From IMG/VR virus record IMGVR_UViG_3300005611_000182, positions 1 through 25,107 of that record: a stretch of 25,107 nt of DNA. One strand, given 5' to 3'. A program made the translations under genes and the position numbers. A model generated the notes under the pieces. That model worked only from the letters and a program-made list of their open reading frames with translations, did no database searches and was not told the DNA's origin. Position 1 is the first letter of the stretch. Each line of letters opens with the position of its first letter. Origin of the DNA: a virus (taxonomy: Duplodnaviria > Caudoviricetes). Below, piece after piece: positions 9,038 to 16,864 of the stretch.

Positions 9038-9495
9038 TTTCCCGATGCGGCGTCTCGCGCCATGCGGTTGGCCATGCGCACCCGCTCCACGCTCTCGTTG
9101 GCCGCCATGACCTCGCCGTAGAGGTGTGCGACCTCGGCGGATGTCAGGCCGGCCTCCTCGCACTCTGCGAAGATGCGGTCGGCGGTCGACTCCCAGGCCG
9201 CGGAGGTAGTGGTCCGGGCGGGGAGCTTGACATCGAAGGCGTCGGGGCCAGGCTCCAGCGCCTTCGCGAGGATGAGCACAGCCAAACGGTTCTTGTAGGC
9301 CATCTTCGCGCCGGCGCCGACCGGTACCGGCTTGCCGTTGAGGTAGCGCTCGGGCTCGTCGTACTGCGCTTGCAGGCACTCGATCCAACCCGGCGGGAGG
9401 GTCGAGACCTCGAGGCTGATGGTTTCGGGCTTGCCGTCCACAACCCGGGAGACCGAGATGGTGGAGACAGCGGGTGCGGAGAATCGTTGGCGCAT
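9007..9495 (-). CDS. Tail assembly chaperone (gpG-like, 162 aa)
   Basis: Between tail tube and tape measure genes, GGAGG RBS, ends with an in-phase slippery heptamer. Confidence 0.8.
   Translation of the reverse strand: MRQRFSAPAVSTISVSRVVDGKPETISLEVSTLPPGWIECLQAQYDEPERYLNGKPVPVGAGAKMAYKNRLAVLILAKALEPGPDAFDVKLPARTTTSAAWESTADRIFAECEEAGLTSAEVAHLYGEVMAANESVERVRMANRMARDAASGNSQGPGAPSP
9037..9043 (-). other. Programmed -1 ribosomal frameshift site G GGA AAC
   Basis: X XXY YYZ heptamer in the correct phase (TCG GGA AAC), at the canonical lambda G/GT position. Confidence 0.85.
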
Positions 9496-9510
9496 GGGTC
9501 CCTCCGTGCG
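9490..9510 (-). repeat. Right copy of the exact 21-bp inverted repeat
   Basis: Reverse complement reads CGCACGGAGGGACCCATGCGC; spans the RBS and start of the chaperone gene. Confidence 0.85.
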
Positions 9511-9519
9511 CTGGTGAGG

Positions 9520-9572
9520 GCGAGAGCCCCGGGGAGGGGACTCCCAGGGATGGGCAGCCCCGGGGCCCCCGC
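9520..9572 (-). terminator. Strong intergenic hairpin after the tail tube gene (terminator or mRNA-stabilising stem)
   Basis: GCGGGGGCCCCGGGG pairs with CCCCGGGGCUCUCGC: 15 bp with two G-U pairs that work only on the minus-strand RNA; no U-tract. Confidence 0.6.
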
Positions 9573-9577
9573 GAGAA

Positions 9578-10078
9578 TCAGCTGATGGTCGCGGCGTTGA
9601 TGTGCGCCACGAAGTTGGCGGCGCATCGAACGAAGTTTTCCTGCTCGTCGTAGGCGAGGTCAGTCACGCGCAGGTGGTCCAGCTCGACGCTCTGGCTCGC
9701 TCCGCCCGGCTCGGGCGTGTTGAACACGGCGACGATCTTGATGGTCTGCGCGTTGCCGTCGCTGCGACTGGTGTTCGAAGAGGCGGGGCCCGTGAACAGG
9801 ATGAAGTCGCGCGGCGTGGCGGCGGTGGCGCCAGACCAGGACTGCACCAAAAAGTCGAAGGAGCCGGTGACATCGACATCGGCGCTCTCGACCAGCACCG
9901 GCGTACTCTGCCGGCGCCCACGCGAACGGGCCTCGGAGTACTCGCGCTGCGACTCCGTGAAGGTCAACATGCTCTGCTCGAAGGTGAGCACCAGGCTGCT
10001 GCCCGACCCGTCGTAGAGGGTGACGGTCCCGCCGCCGGCGAAGCACTTCGGGACCCCTGAAACGTTGTGCACGGCCAT
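9578..10078 (-). CDS. Major tail tube protein (166 aa)
   Basis: AGGAGG RBS, beta-rich, positioned between the terminator and chaperone genes, followed by a hairpin. No sheath gene present. Confidence 0.7.
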   Translation of the reverse strand: MAVHNVSGVPKCFAGGGTVTLYDGSGSSLVLTFEQSMLTFTESQREYSEARSRGRRQSTPVLVESADVDVTGSFDFLVQSWSGATAATPRDFILFTGPASSNTSRSDGNAQTIKIVAVFNTPEPGGASQSVELDHLRVTDLAYDEQENFVRCAANFVAHINAATIS

Positions 10079-10087
10079 GTGGCCCTC

Positions 10088-10579
10088 CTACGCCGCGAGG
10101 CGCTCGAAGTAGATGCCGCGGGCGGTCACCCGGCGGCGGATCCACCCATTGACGTTGCCGATGTCCTGCAGCGTCGGTGGCGGAGTGTGGAAGATCAGGG
10201 ACACGCCAGCCACGGCGGCAGGGGCGTCCGGGTTGGTGTAGTCGTAGAGAGGCAAGTCGGCGTTGGCCATGGCGGCCCGACAGAGCGACGCGATGCGGTC
10301 AGCGGCCCAGAGGTTGACCTGGTCCGTGTTGCTGCCGTCCGGCGCATGAACATCGAGCAGCAGGTTCACCGGCACCCGGTTGGTGTAGACGCCATCCACC
10401 TGCCCGGCGGGCGACGGGGGGAGGTCCAGGAAGCCGACCCGAATCCATGGGGCGGAGCGGTCAAGGTTCGCCCGCATGGCCTCCGCCGGCACAAGGTCGG
10501 CGCCCAGATCTTGCCCGCGGAGGAACTCCCACACGGAGGCTCGGACCCAGTCGGCGCGCTGGCTGGCGTGAAGGCTCAC
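10088..10579 (-). CDS. Putative tail terminator/completion protein (163 aa)
   Basis: Start reassigned to the GTG overlapping the upstream stop (GTGA): MSLHASQRADWVRASVWEFL...APWIRVGF; position between gp10-like and tube genes. Confidence 0.6.
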   Translation of the reverse strand: MSLHASQRADWVRASVWEFLRGQDLGADLVPAEAMRANLDRSAPWIRVGFLDLPPSPAGQVDGVYTNRVPVNLLLDVHAPDGSNTDQVNLWAADRIASLCRAAMANADLPLYDYTNPDAPAAVAGVSLIFHTPPPTLQDIGNVNGWIRRRVTARGIYFERLAA

Positions 10580-11061
10580 GAGTTCCCCCAGCGGAACTGC
10601 AGCTCTTCCTGGGCGGGCCCCTTGGGGCGGGGCACGTTGCGGCGGGCGAGTTCCATGGCGCGCGTCAGGTGGTTGCCGGGAGCCATCTTCTCGGTGCCGT
10701 ACTCGACGAATGCCCCATACTCGACGTTGTTGGTGACCTCGAGGGCGGTCTCGTTGCGGCGCTTGATCCACCGTCCTTGACCGTCGCGAGGCTGCGCCGA
10801 TGCCGTGGAAGGCCCCGGGACATCGATCCCGACATCCTCACCACCAGCACGCCACGCGGCCCGGTAGCGGCCCGTGTCGACGCGCTTCGGGTTGCCGCCC
10901 TCGCCCGTGGTGATGCTGACGACCGTGTCCCGCAGCACATCGAAGCCAATCTTCCGCAGCACCGTCTCCCGCGCTTCGGGCATCTGCCGAAGGAAGCGGG
11001 AGAGCGCTCCGTTGAGCCGGCGCTGGCTGTAGGCCAGCTTGATGGCGCGGTTGGTCGTCAT
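10576..11061 (-). CDS. HK97 gp10-family neck/tail-completion protein (161 aa)
   Basis: Signature motifs VDTGRYRAAW and NNVEYGAFVEYGT. Confidence 0.88.
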   Translation of the reverse strand: MTTNRAIKLAYSQRRLNGALSRFLRQMPEARETVLRKIGFDVLRDTVVSITTGEGGNPKRVDTGRYRAAWRAGGEDVGIDVPGPSTASAQPRDGQGRWIKRRNETALEVTNNVEYGAFVEYGTEKMAPGNHLTRAMELARRNVPRPKGPAQEELQFRWGNS

Positions 11062-11067
11062 GCTCGC

Positions 11068-11565
11068 TCAGGCATCCTCGCCGGCGACGAAGACCTGGTA
11101 GTTCATGTTGTCGTTGGTCTGGATGGCGATGGTGTCGGCGCTGCCCGCGGTGACGGTGACGCCGTCCACGGGGGAGACCCACACCAGCAGCCCAGAGGGG
11201 CCAAGCGTCAGGGTCGGGTTGGTGCCACCCAGGAGGCCTGCCACCGGGTTGGAGCTTCCTTCCTTGAGGATGACGTTGTCACCCGTCGCGGTCGCGAGGT
11301 TCTCAAGGACGAGGACCTTCATGTCGGTCAGGGCCAGCATGTCGCCGTTGAAGATTGGCAGCGACCCGGCGAGGTCGAGGTCCTCGCTGGTGTTGTTGAG
11401 CGCGCGGGTCTGGTCCCACCAGAACTGCCCGATGCTGTCGGTGCCGGTCCCGTCGGTGAACTGCTTGTCGTAGTCGAGGAGCACGACCTGCTTAGCGCCG
11501 TCGGCGCCGCGAATCATGCCGGAAACCCTGACCTCGACGCGGAGGCCCTCGATAGTGCTTGCCAT
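11068..11565 (-). CDS. Hypothetical virion structural protein (165 aa)
   Basis: Well-formed beta-rich acidic ORF inside the neck module. Confidence 0.65.
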   Translation of the reverse strand: MASTIEGLRVEVRVSGMIRGADGAKQVVLLDYDKQFTDGTGTDSIGQFWWDQTRALNNTSEDLDLAGSLPIFNGDMLALTDMKVLVLENLATATGDNVILKEGSSNPVAGLLGGTNPTLTLGPSGLLVWVSPVDGVTVTAGSADTIAIQTNDNMNYQVFVAGEDA

Positions 11566-11569
11566 GGTG

Positions 11570-11977
11570 TCAGCCCCCGGCCCGTCGGGCCACGATGTCG
11601 AAGTGGGCGCCCAGCACGTCTCGCTGGACGGTGATCACGTCCCACCGCTCGCCGGTGGTGGTGTCGTAGATGGCTGTGGTCTCGTCGGGTGTGCTGGTGA
11701 GCGACGCCGACGAGACGTGGTAGGAGGTGTCGCCCATCTGGTAGAGGCCGCCAGAGCGCTCCACGTCCTTGGCCGACAACGGCGCGCGGTGGCAGGTGAC
11801 CGTGTCCGAGGAGTTGGTCGCCTGGAAGGCGCCGGTGCGCGCGTCGAAGCTCTGCCCGCTGGCGTACCTGATCTGCACGGAGACACCAGTGTCGGGGTCG
11901 TCGCACATTCCGCGGATGTCTGCGGTCATGTGGACCACCTCCGCGGGAGTCAGGAGGCCGGCGGGAAGCTGGTTCAC
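11570..11977 (-). CDS. Putative head closure (stopper) protein (135 aa)
   Basis: GTGA-coupled; size, position and C-terminal WDVITVQRD...FDIVARR pattern. Confidence 0.6.
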   Translation of the reverse strand: MNQLPAGLLTPAEVVHMTADIRGMCDDPDTGVSVQIRYASGQSFDARTGAFQATNSSDTVTCHRAPLSAKDVERSGGLYQMGDTSYHVSSASLTSTPDETTAIYDTTTGERWDVITVQRDVLGAHFDIVARRAGG

Positions 11978-12366
11978 GCGCTCACGTCGATGTAGAGCAC
12001 GAGCAGCGTGTCGCCGGTGGTGTCGGTGCCGCCCGTGTTGTTGATCGTGTTGGCTCCCGTGATGCTGAACTCGCTGGTGCGGCTGGTGGGCACGCCGCTG
12101 GCGAACTCGATGACCGAGACCAGGACATCATCAGCCGCAACACCGGTGACCGTGTGGTCTCCAGCTGCGCCGCCCGCGATGGTGGCGTCCTTGATCTGGC
12201 CGCCGCGCACGGTGGCGCCACCGATGACCGCAGAGGCGGCCGTGACCGAGGTCGTGGCCACGAGGGCGTTGGCCGTCGCGGTGCCACTGTGGGTCGCGTT
12301 GCCGTCGTCCTCGAGCAGGTGGGTCGTGGTGCCTGCGGCGTTCTGCAGCTCGAACTGGTCGGACAT
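11974..12366 (-). CDS. Hypothetical virion protein, possibly a small neck/head fibre (130 aa)
   Basis: Thr/Ala/Gly-rich ORF with GGGAG RBS between adaptor and stopper genes. Confidence 0.6.
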   Translation of the reverse strand: MSDQFELQNAAGTTTHLLEDDGNATHSGTATANALVATTSVTAASAVIGGATVRGGQIKDATIAGGAAGDHTVTGVAADDVLVSVIEFASGVPTSRTSEFSITGANTINNTGGTDTTGDTLLVLYIDVSA

Positions 12367-12382
12367 GAGGGGCTCCCGAGGG

Positions 12383-12724
12383 TCAGGACGGAGTCACAAA
12401 CCCGGAATCGAAGGGCTGTAGGGCGGGGAAGGTGATGCCGATGCTCGGCATGTTGGCGCCCAGGTCGGCCGCCAGCCGGTCGAGGGCGGCGAGCGCGGCG
12501 CTGTCGTCGTAGGACATGCCAGGCACGGTGAACTTGCGGGCGCGGCGAGCGCGGTCCATGCGCAGGACGTTGATGCCCTCGCGCGCCCCGCCATCGACGC
12601 TACCGCCCTTGGTCAGGAAGTAGTCGATCTCGGCGTCCTCGAAGGCGTAGGCCTCCGAGTTGGTGTCGGCGAGGCGAAGGCGAAGCTGGCCGCGGTCGGT
12701 CGCGAGATCGTAGGTGAACGCCAT
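12383..12724 (-). CDS. Putative head-tail adaptor (113 aa)
   Basis: MAFTYDLATDRGQLRLRLADT...FEDAEIDYFL pattern typical of adaptors; TGATG-coupled; second gene after the capsid gene. Confidence 0.7.
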   Translation of the reverse strand: MAFTYDLATDRGQLRLRLADTNSEAYAFEDAEIDYFLTKGGSVDGGAREGINVLRMDRARRARKFTVPGMSYDDSAALAALDRLAADLGANMPSIGITFPALQPFDSGFVTPS

Positions 12725-12999
12725 CAGCTGGCCTTGCCTCGCCCGCGAGTGGGCGAGGCCTTGCCGCTCAGCCCCTCAAGGGCCGCGAGGATGGAGTCCT
12801 GCGTCGCCTCGATGGAAGCCAAGCGGGCCTTGATGTGCTCCACGCTCTCGGTGAGGTCGATCTCGACCCGCAACGAGGCCTTGACCGCTTCCTGGAGCGC
12901 CTCGTCGAGGAGCTGCGCAGGGCTGCCGAGGTCGCGGAGTTGCTGGATGTCGGGCAGGAGCCCCTCGCGGAGCTCCTCGGCGGTCGCTGGGTTGAGCAT
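12724..12999 (-). CDS. Hypothetical protein (91 aa), coiled coil with basic tail
   Basis: GGAGG RBS, heptad pattern, C-terminal KASPTRGRGKAS; directly after the capsid gene. Confidence 0.65.
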   Translation of the reverse strand: MLNPATAEELREGLLPDIQQLRDLGSPAQLLDEALQEAVKASLRVEIDLTESVEHIKARLASIEATQDSILAALEGLSGKASPTRGRGKAS

Positions 13000-13021
13000 G
13001 GGTCCCTCCAGGCTCGGGTGC

Positions 13022-13047
13022 TGGTGGGCGAGATGTCCCGCCCACCA
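13022..13047 (-). terminator. Hairpin after the major capsid gene
   Basis: UGGUGGGCGGG-ACAU-CUCGCCCACCA, 11-bp stem with one G-U pair, just after a TGATGA double stop; no U-tract. Confidence 0.65.
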
Positions 13048-13053
13048 TGGTCA

Positions 13054-14043
13054 TCAGGTGGCAGCGCCGTTGCCGTTGACCCATGCGCGCCAGTCCGCGA
13101 CGGCAAAGCCGACGGCGATCTCGGAGCTGACCATGAACGCGCGGCGGTCCTCGTCGTACCAGGAGCGGAAGTCGGGCTCGCCCTCGTCGTAGTAGATGAC
13201 GCCGCGAGACCCAGCCTGCGGCCCACAGCTCCCCAGGAACCACGGGGTCGAGGAGGTGAGGTAGCGCCAGACGATGGGCTCGACGGCGTTGAAGTAGGGG
13301 TTGGCGTCGTTCTGGGCGGTGCCGGGCTGCTGCGCAGACATGAGGATCTTCATAGCGGTCGCCCGGAGGGCGGGCGGCACCAGGAGGTGCGTCGCCGGCA
13401 TGTCGATCTTGTTGTCCTTCTCGTCCTTGGCGTTGGTCGAGGTGAGCAGGGTCATAGCGGTGTCGAAGGCGTTGGCACTCAGCGCGGTCGAGTCCACCAC
13501 GTTGCCGTAGGTGGTCCCGGCCTTGTTGACGTGCGCGGCCCCGAAGAAGGACTCGCCGTCGTAGATGACCTTCGGGTAGGGGTCGGCCTCGCCCGGGTAG
13601 CTCTGGTCGAAGTAGGTCGCGTCGCCGGCGTTGAGGCGGCCCTTGTTGAACAGTCCAGCGGCGAGCTCTTCCTTCATGGTGGCGAAGGAGCGGCCCCAGT
13701 TGGCGGTGTTCGTGCGGACGTAGTTGCCGATTCCGACCGCGTCCATGGACTCGGCGACCTCGACTGGGATGGAAAGCTTCTTCGCGTAGCGCTTGATCGC
13801 CATGCGGACCGTGAAGCCCTCGCCGTCGGTGACCTCGGCGATCTGCTGGCCGGGGCGCCGGCGGACCGGGGCGCCGCTGCCCTGGAGCGTGGTCTCCTTG
13901 TGGCCGTAGGGCGCCGCAGTGGCGATCTCGACGCGCGTCATGATCCGGGGGTGGACCATGTCGATGGAGCGGTAGTTGTCGAGCAGCACGTCGATTGCGG
14001 CGCGGCTGCTGATCTGCTGGAACTCAGAGGGAGAAAGGGGCAT
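13054..14043 (-). CDS. Major capsid protein, Mu gpT-like HK97 fold (329 aa)
   Basis: Size and position, HLLVPPAL motif, C-terminal GFAVADWRAWVNGNG, GAGGAG RBS, downstream hairpin. Confidence 0.85.
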   Translation of the reverse strand: MPLSPSEFQQISSRAAIDVLLDNYRSIDMVHPRIMTRVEIATAAPYGHKETTLQGSGAPVRRRPGQQIAEVTDGEGFTVRMAIKRYAKKLSIPVEVAESMDAVGIGNYVRTNTANWGRSFATMKEELAAGLFNKGRLNAGDATYFDQSYPGEADPYPKVIYDGESFFGAAHVNKAGTTYGNVVDSTALSANAFDTAMTLLTSTNAKDEKDNKIDMPATHLLVPPALRATAMKILMSAQQPGTAQNDANPYFNAVEPIVWRYLTSSTPWFLGSCGPQAGSRGVIYYDEGEPDFRSWYDEDRRAFMVSSEIAVGFAVADWRAWVNGNGAAT

Positions 14044-14055
14044 CGGTCAGACTCC

Positions 14056-14478
14056 TCAGACCACGCCGGCGTAGCAGGCCGACTTGACCCGGCTCACCAG
14101 CAGCTTGTTGTTGTCGACATCGACGCCGACACAGAGAAGACAGTCGTCGGTGGAGGCGTCGATGTTGACCGACTGAGCGCCGCCCACATCCATCGTGGTG
14201 CCCACGAGAGCCTGGGAGACGGTGCCGGCGTCGGGATCGAAGCGGTAGACGGTCTCGCAGCTCACATCCACGAGGATGGTCACGTCGCCGTCTGCGCTGG
14301 GGCTGGTGACGCTGTCCTGCGCGATGCCGACGGGGAGCTCGCCGGCGCTGGCCTGCTGGATGTAGCCAGCCGTGGCGAGCGAGACGAAGTCGCCCTTCGA
14401 GATGTCGGCGCTGGAGCTGTCGACGGGCATCGGCAGCAGGATCGGCGTCCCGTAGACGAGACAGTTGTCGGTGGACAT
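14056..14478 (-). CDS. Putative head decoration/cement protein (140 aa)
   Basis: ISKGDFVSL...PVGIA motif; lies between scaffold and capsid genes. Confidence 0.65.
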   Translation of the reverse strand: MSTDNCLVYGTPILLPMPVDSSSADISKGDFVSLATAGYIQQASAGELPVGIAQDSVTSPSADGDVTILVDVSCETVYRFDPDAGTVSQALVGTTMDVGGAQSVNIDASTDDCLLCVGVDVDNNKLLVSRVKSACYAGVV

Positions 14479-14489
14479 GGGCTCTCCGG

Positions 14490-15119
14490 TCAGGATGCCT
14501 GGCGGCGCTGCCGCTGCATCAGGGTCTTTTCGATGTCGGCCTGGGAGAGGCCGGGGTACTTGGGCGCAAGGCGGACGGCCTCAGCCTTGACTTCAGGGGG
14601 CACGTTGAGGTCGCTGGTCGGGCGCGTTCCGCCGCGTGTTCCAGCGGGGAACGTCGGCGACTCGGCCAGCGTCTTCTTGATGGTCGCGATCTGCGCGGCC
14701 TTGGCCTCAGCGTCGAGACCAGCCGGCACAAGGGCGCGGTAGGCCTCGGGGAGGGCTTCGATGGCGGCAGCGTTGGCGGCTTCGAGGCGCTCCAGCCGAG
14801 CGGTCTCGCGGGCCTCGAGCTGCTCGAGCTTGGCGGCCAGCGCGTCGCGCTCGGCCTTGGTGCCCTGGTAGAGCTCGTCGAGCTTGCCGGCCTCGCGGGC
14901 GGCCTTCTCTTCGGCTTCCTTGGCGGCCTGGGCCCTCTCGGCCTCGATGGCCGCCAGGCGCTGCTCCAGCTCGGCGGCGCGCTTCTGCTCTGCGGCCAGC
15001 TTGGAGGTCAGGTCATCGGTGGCCGGCTTCGGCTCAACCGCAGCGGCCGGAGCGGGCGCGGGGGCCGGCTCCGCAGCGGGGGCTGGCGCTGGCGCTGGTG
15101 CAGGATTCTGCGTCGACAT
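14490..15119 (-). CDS. Capsid scaffolding protein (209 aa)
   Basis: AAGGAG RBS, N-terminal PAPAPA low complexity, Ala/Glu/Lys coiled coil, upstream of the capsid gene. Confidence 0.75.
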   Translation of the reverse strand: MSTQNPAPAPAPAPAAEPAPAPAPAAAVEPKPATDDLTSKLAAEQKRAAELEQRLAAIEAERAQAAKEAEEKAAREAGKLDELYQGTKAERDALAAKLEQLEARETARLERLEAANAAAIEALPEAYRALVPAGLDAEAKAAQIATIKKTLAESPTFPAGTRGGTRPTSDLNVPPEVKAEAVRLAPKYPGLSQADIEKTLMQRQRRQAS

Positions 15120-15158
15120 TGGGGCACTCCTTGCCCGTCCCCGGGCTGTGCTGTGGAA

Positions 15159-15187
15159 AGCCTACCGCGAGTCGTTCCATAGTGCAA
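15159..15187 (-). promoter_or_regulatory. Predicted sigma70-type promoter for scaffold-capsid genes
   Basis: TTGCAC-N17-TAGGCT in the 79-bp gap upstream of the scaffold gene. Confidence 0.55.
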
Positions 15188-15210
15188 CGGTCATCGGTTC
15201 ACTCTGGAAC
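15174..15210. promoter_or_regulatory. Tandem pair of 15-bp palindromic operator-like sites
   Basis: GTTCCA-TAG-TGCAAC (15174-15188, over the -35 and spacer) and GGTTCA-CTC-TGGAAC (15196-15210), 22 bp apart. Confidence 0.65.
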
Positions 15211-16320
15211 GTCGGGCGCGACTCGGTCCGGGTAGAGGCGGCGCAGGTCTCCGAGGGACAGTGCCCGCCCACGGTCGGAGAGGTCGCGGAGGGCCAGCTT
15301 GCGGCCGCGCCACAGCCGAGCCCGCGCCTTCCCGAGCACGGCTTCCTGGACTGCCTGTGGTTGCCGGCGAAGCCAGGCGTCGTAGCTCATGTTCTCGGCG
15401 CGGCTCCCGTCCATGCGGCGGCGCGTGGCATCGTCTGGCGAGTCGATGCCCAACTCTCGCCAGCTCTTGGTCACTGGGGCCAGGAAGCACCTGCAGCGCG
15501 GGTGGATGGGTGGCGCAATGAACGGCGGCGCCTTGGGGTCTTCGCTGTCCATCGGCCGGCCGTTGGGCCCCAACGGGTAGACCACCATGTGACGCGGGGC
15601 GCAGACCGGGCAGGTCCGGCTGTCGAGCGTCGCGAGGTACTGGACGGCCTGAATGATGTCGCTGTTGGCCTGGTAGGTGACCAGCGCCGAATCCGTGCTG
15701 ACCCGCTGGATTTCGGTCCGCGCGATGGTGGTGAAGCGCCCCTTGTAGGTCTCCGTGAGGCCAGACACGTCCTCGAGCAGCTGGGCCGCGTTCGGCATGG
15801 AGGAGCCGGAGATCACAGCGTCGGCGACGGCAGCGCGCACCGCCTGCTCCGCTTCGACGATGTCCCGGGCGAGGCGGTCAGTCCAGCGCAGCCCACCGAT
15901 AGGGCTCGTGATGGACACCAGCGCGTCGGAGGCTGGCACCGAGGCCACCGCGATGCCCTCCGCGCCCAAGGCGGCGGGGAGGCGGGCCTCGATGCGGCTC
16001 GCCGTGATGCGCAGCTCCGTCTCCCGCACCTCCGACAGCCGCTCGGTGAGCACCTCCGCGATCGTGCGCTCTGCGGCCTGCAAGGTGGCGCGGAAGGCAA
16101 GCTGCGCCTGCTGGTACCGGAAGCGCTCGGCGGGGGTCAGCGAGGTGCGGCCCGACCGCTGGAGCCGGCGGAGGCGCTCGATCTCCGCCTTGAGCGGGGC
16201 GACGGTCTCCTCCCACAGATCGACCACGTCCCGTGCGGTGCCCGCTTCGTAGCGGAGGAGCCACAGCCGGTGACGGGTGAAGTCCTCAGCCAGCTGCTGG
16301 TTGATGCTGTCTTCATTCAT
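15199..16320 (-). CDS. Minor head protein, Phage Mu F / SPP1 gp7 family (373 aa)
   Basis: Motifs TIARTE, YLATLDSRTCPVC and PPIHPRCRC. Confidence 0.92.
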   Translation of the reverse strand: MNEDSINQQLAEDFTRHRLWLLRYEAGTARDVVDLWEETVAPLKAEIERLRRLQRSGRTSLTPAERFRYQQAQLAFRATLQAAERTIAEVLTERLSEVRETELRITASRIEARLPAALGAEGIAVASVPASDALVSITSPIGGLRWTDRLARDIVEAEQAVRAAVADAVISGSSMPNAAQLLEDVSGLTETYKGRFTTIARTEIQRVSTDSALVTYQANSDIIQAVQYLATLDSRTCPVCAPRHMVVYPLGPNGRPMDSEDPKAPPFIAPPIHPRCRCFLAPVTKSWRELGIDSPDDATRRRMDGSRAENMSYDAWLRRQPQAVQEAVLGKARARLWRGRKLALRDLSDRGRALSLGDLRRLYPDRVAPDVPE

Positions 16321-16862
16321 GCGCGCACATGGCGGAGTAGCGCCGCCCCGGTCGCGGTCTTCTCGAAGCGGTCAGCCCAGGATGGGTCTACCTTGCGGAC
16401 GGCGCGCAGGGCTCCGAGCACGATGTCGTCGCCCCCCCACCCGTGCCAGGCCTGCCAGCCCTTGCCCTCGTCGGCCCAGGTCGCGCCCTGCTTGTCCTTG
16501 AGATGGCGCGCAAGGTACCGCAGGGCCCGCTTCGTGGTGCGGATGGAGAGCGGGCGGCCGTTCTTCAGGTCCCGTGCGCGAGCGAGACCCACCGGGGTCA
16601 TGCCGCGCTGGCTCGGCGGCTTTGAGTCGCGCACCTCCAGCGCCATGCCCCCGTTTCGCTGGGCTGCCTCGCCGGGGGTCCAGGTCGCGTCGTCCATGGC
16701 GGCCGTAGACTCGCGGGCCTTGGCTGCTCGACCCTGGGCGGCGGCGCGAGACCGGGCACGGCGGCGGCCAGCGTCATCCCCTGGCGTGTAGCGGTAGCGC
16801 TTGCCCCGCTCGCCCCACCGGTAGAAGGGGCCCTCGTCGTCTCGGCCGCGGGTGACGGGCAT
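16317..16862 (-). CDS. Basic hypothetical head-module protein (181 aa)
   Basis: Start reassigned to the ATG at 16862 (MPVTRGRDDEGPFYRWG...), 2 bp after the portal stop; ATGA-coupled to MuF; motifs GMTPVGLARARDL and WQAWHGWGGD. Confidence 0.75.
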   Translation of the reverse strand: MPVTRGRDDEGPFYRWGERGKRYRYTPGDDAGRRRARSRAAAQGRAAKARESTAAMDDATWTPGEAAQRNGGMALEVRDSKPPSQRGMTPVGLARARDLKNGRPLSIRTTKRALRYLARHLKDKQGATWADEGKGWQAWHGWGGDDIVLGALRAVRKVDPSWADRFEKTATGAALLRHVRA

Positions 16863-16864
16863 GG

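Noticed and set aside
1805-10078. Contractile tail, tailocin or gene transfer agent
   Set aside because: No sheath or baseplate wedge genes, and a linked helicase and origin indicate a replicating phage.
15044-15104. Short GC repeats at the scaffold 5' end
   Set aside because: Explained by the Pro-Ala low-complexity peptide, with varying codons.
15199-15400. MuF-fused polymorphic toxin
   Set aside because: Only a short tail follows the MuF motif, with no toxin domain or immunity gene.
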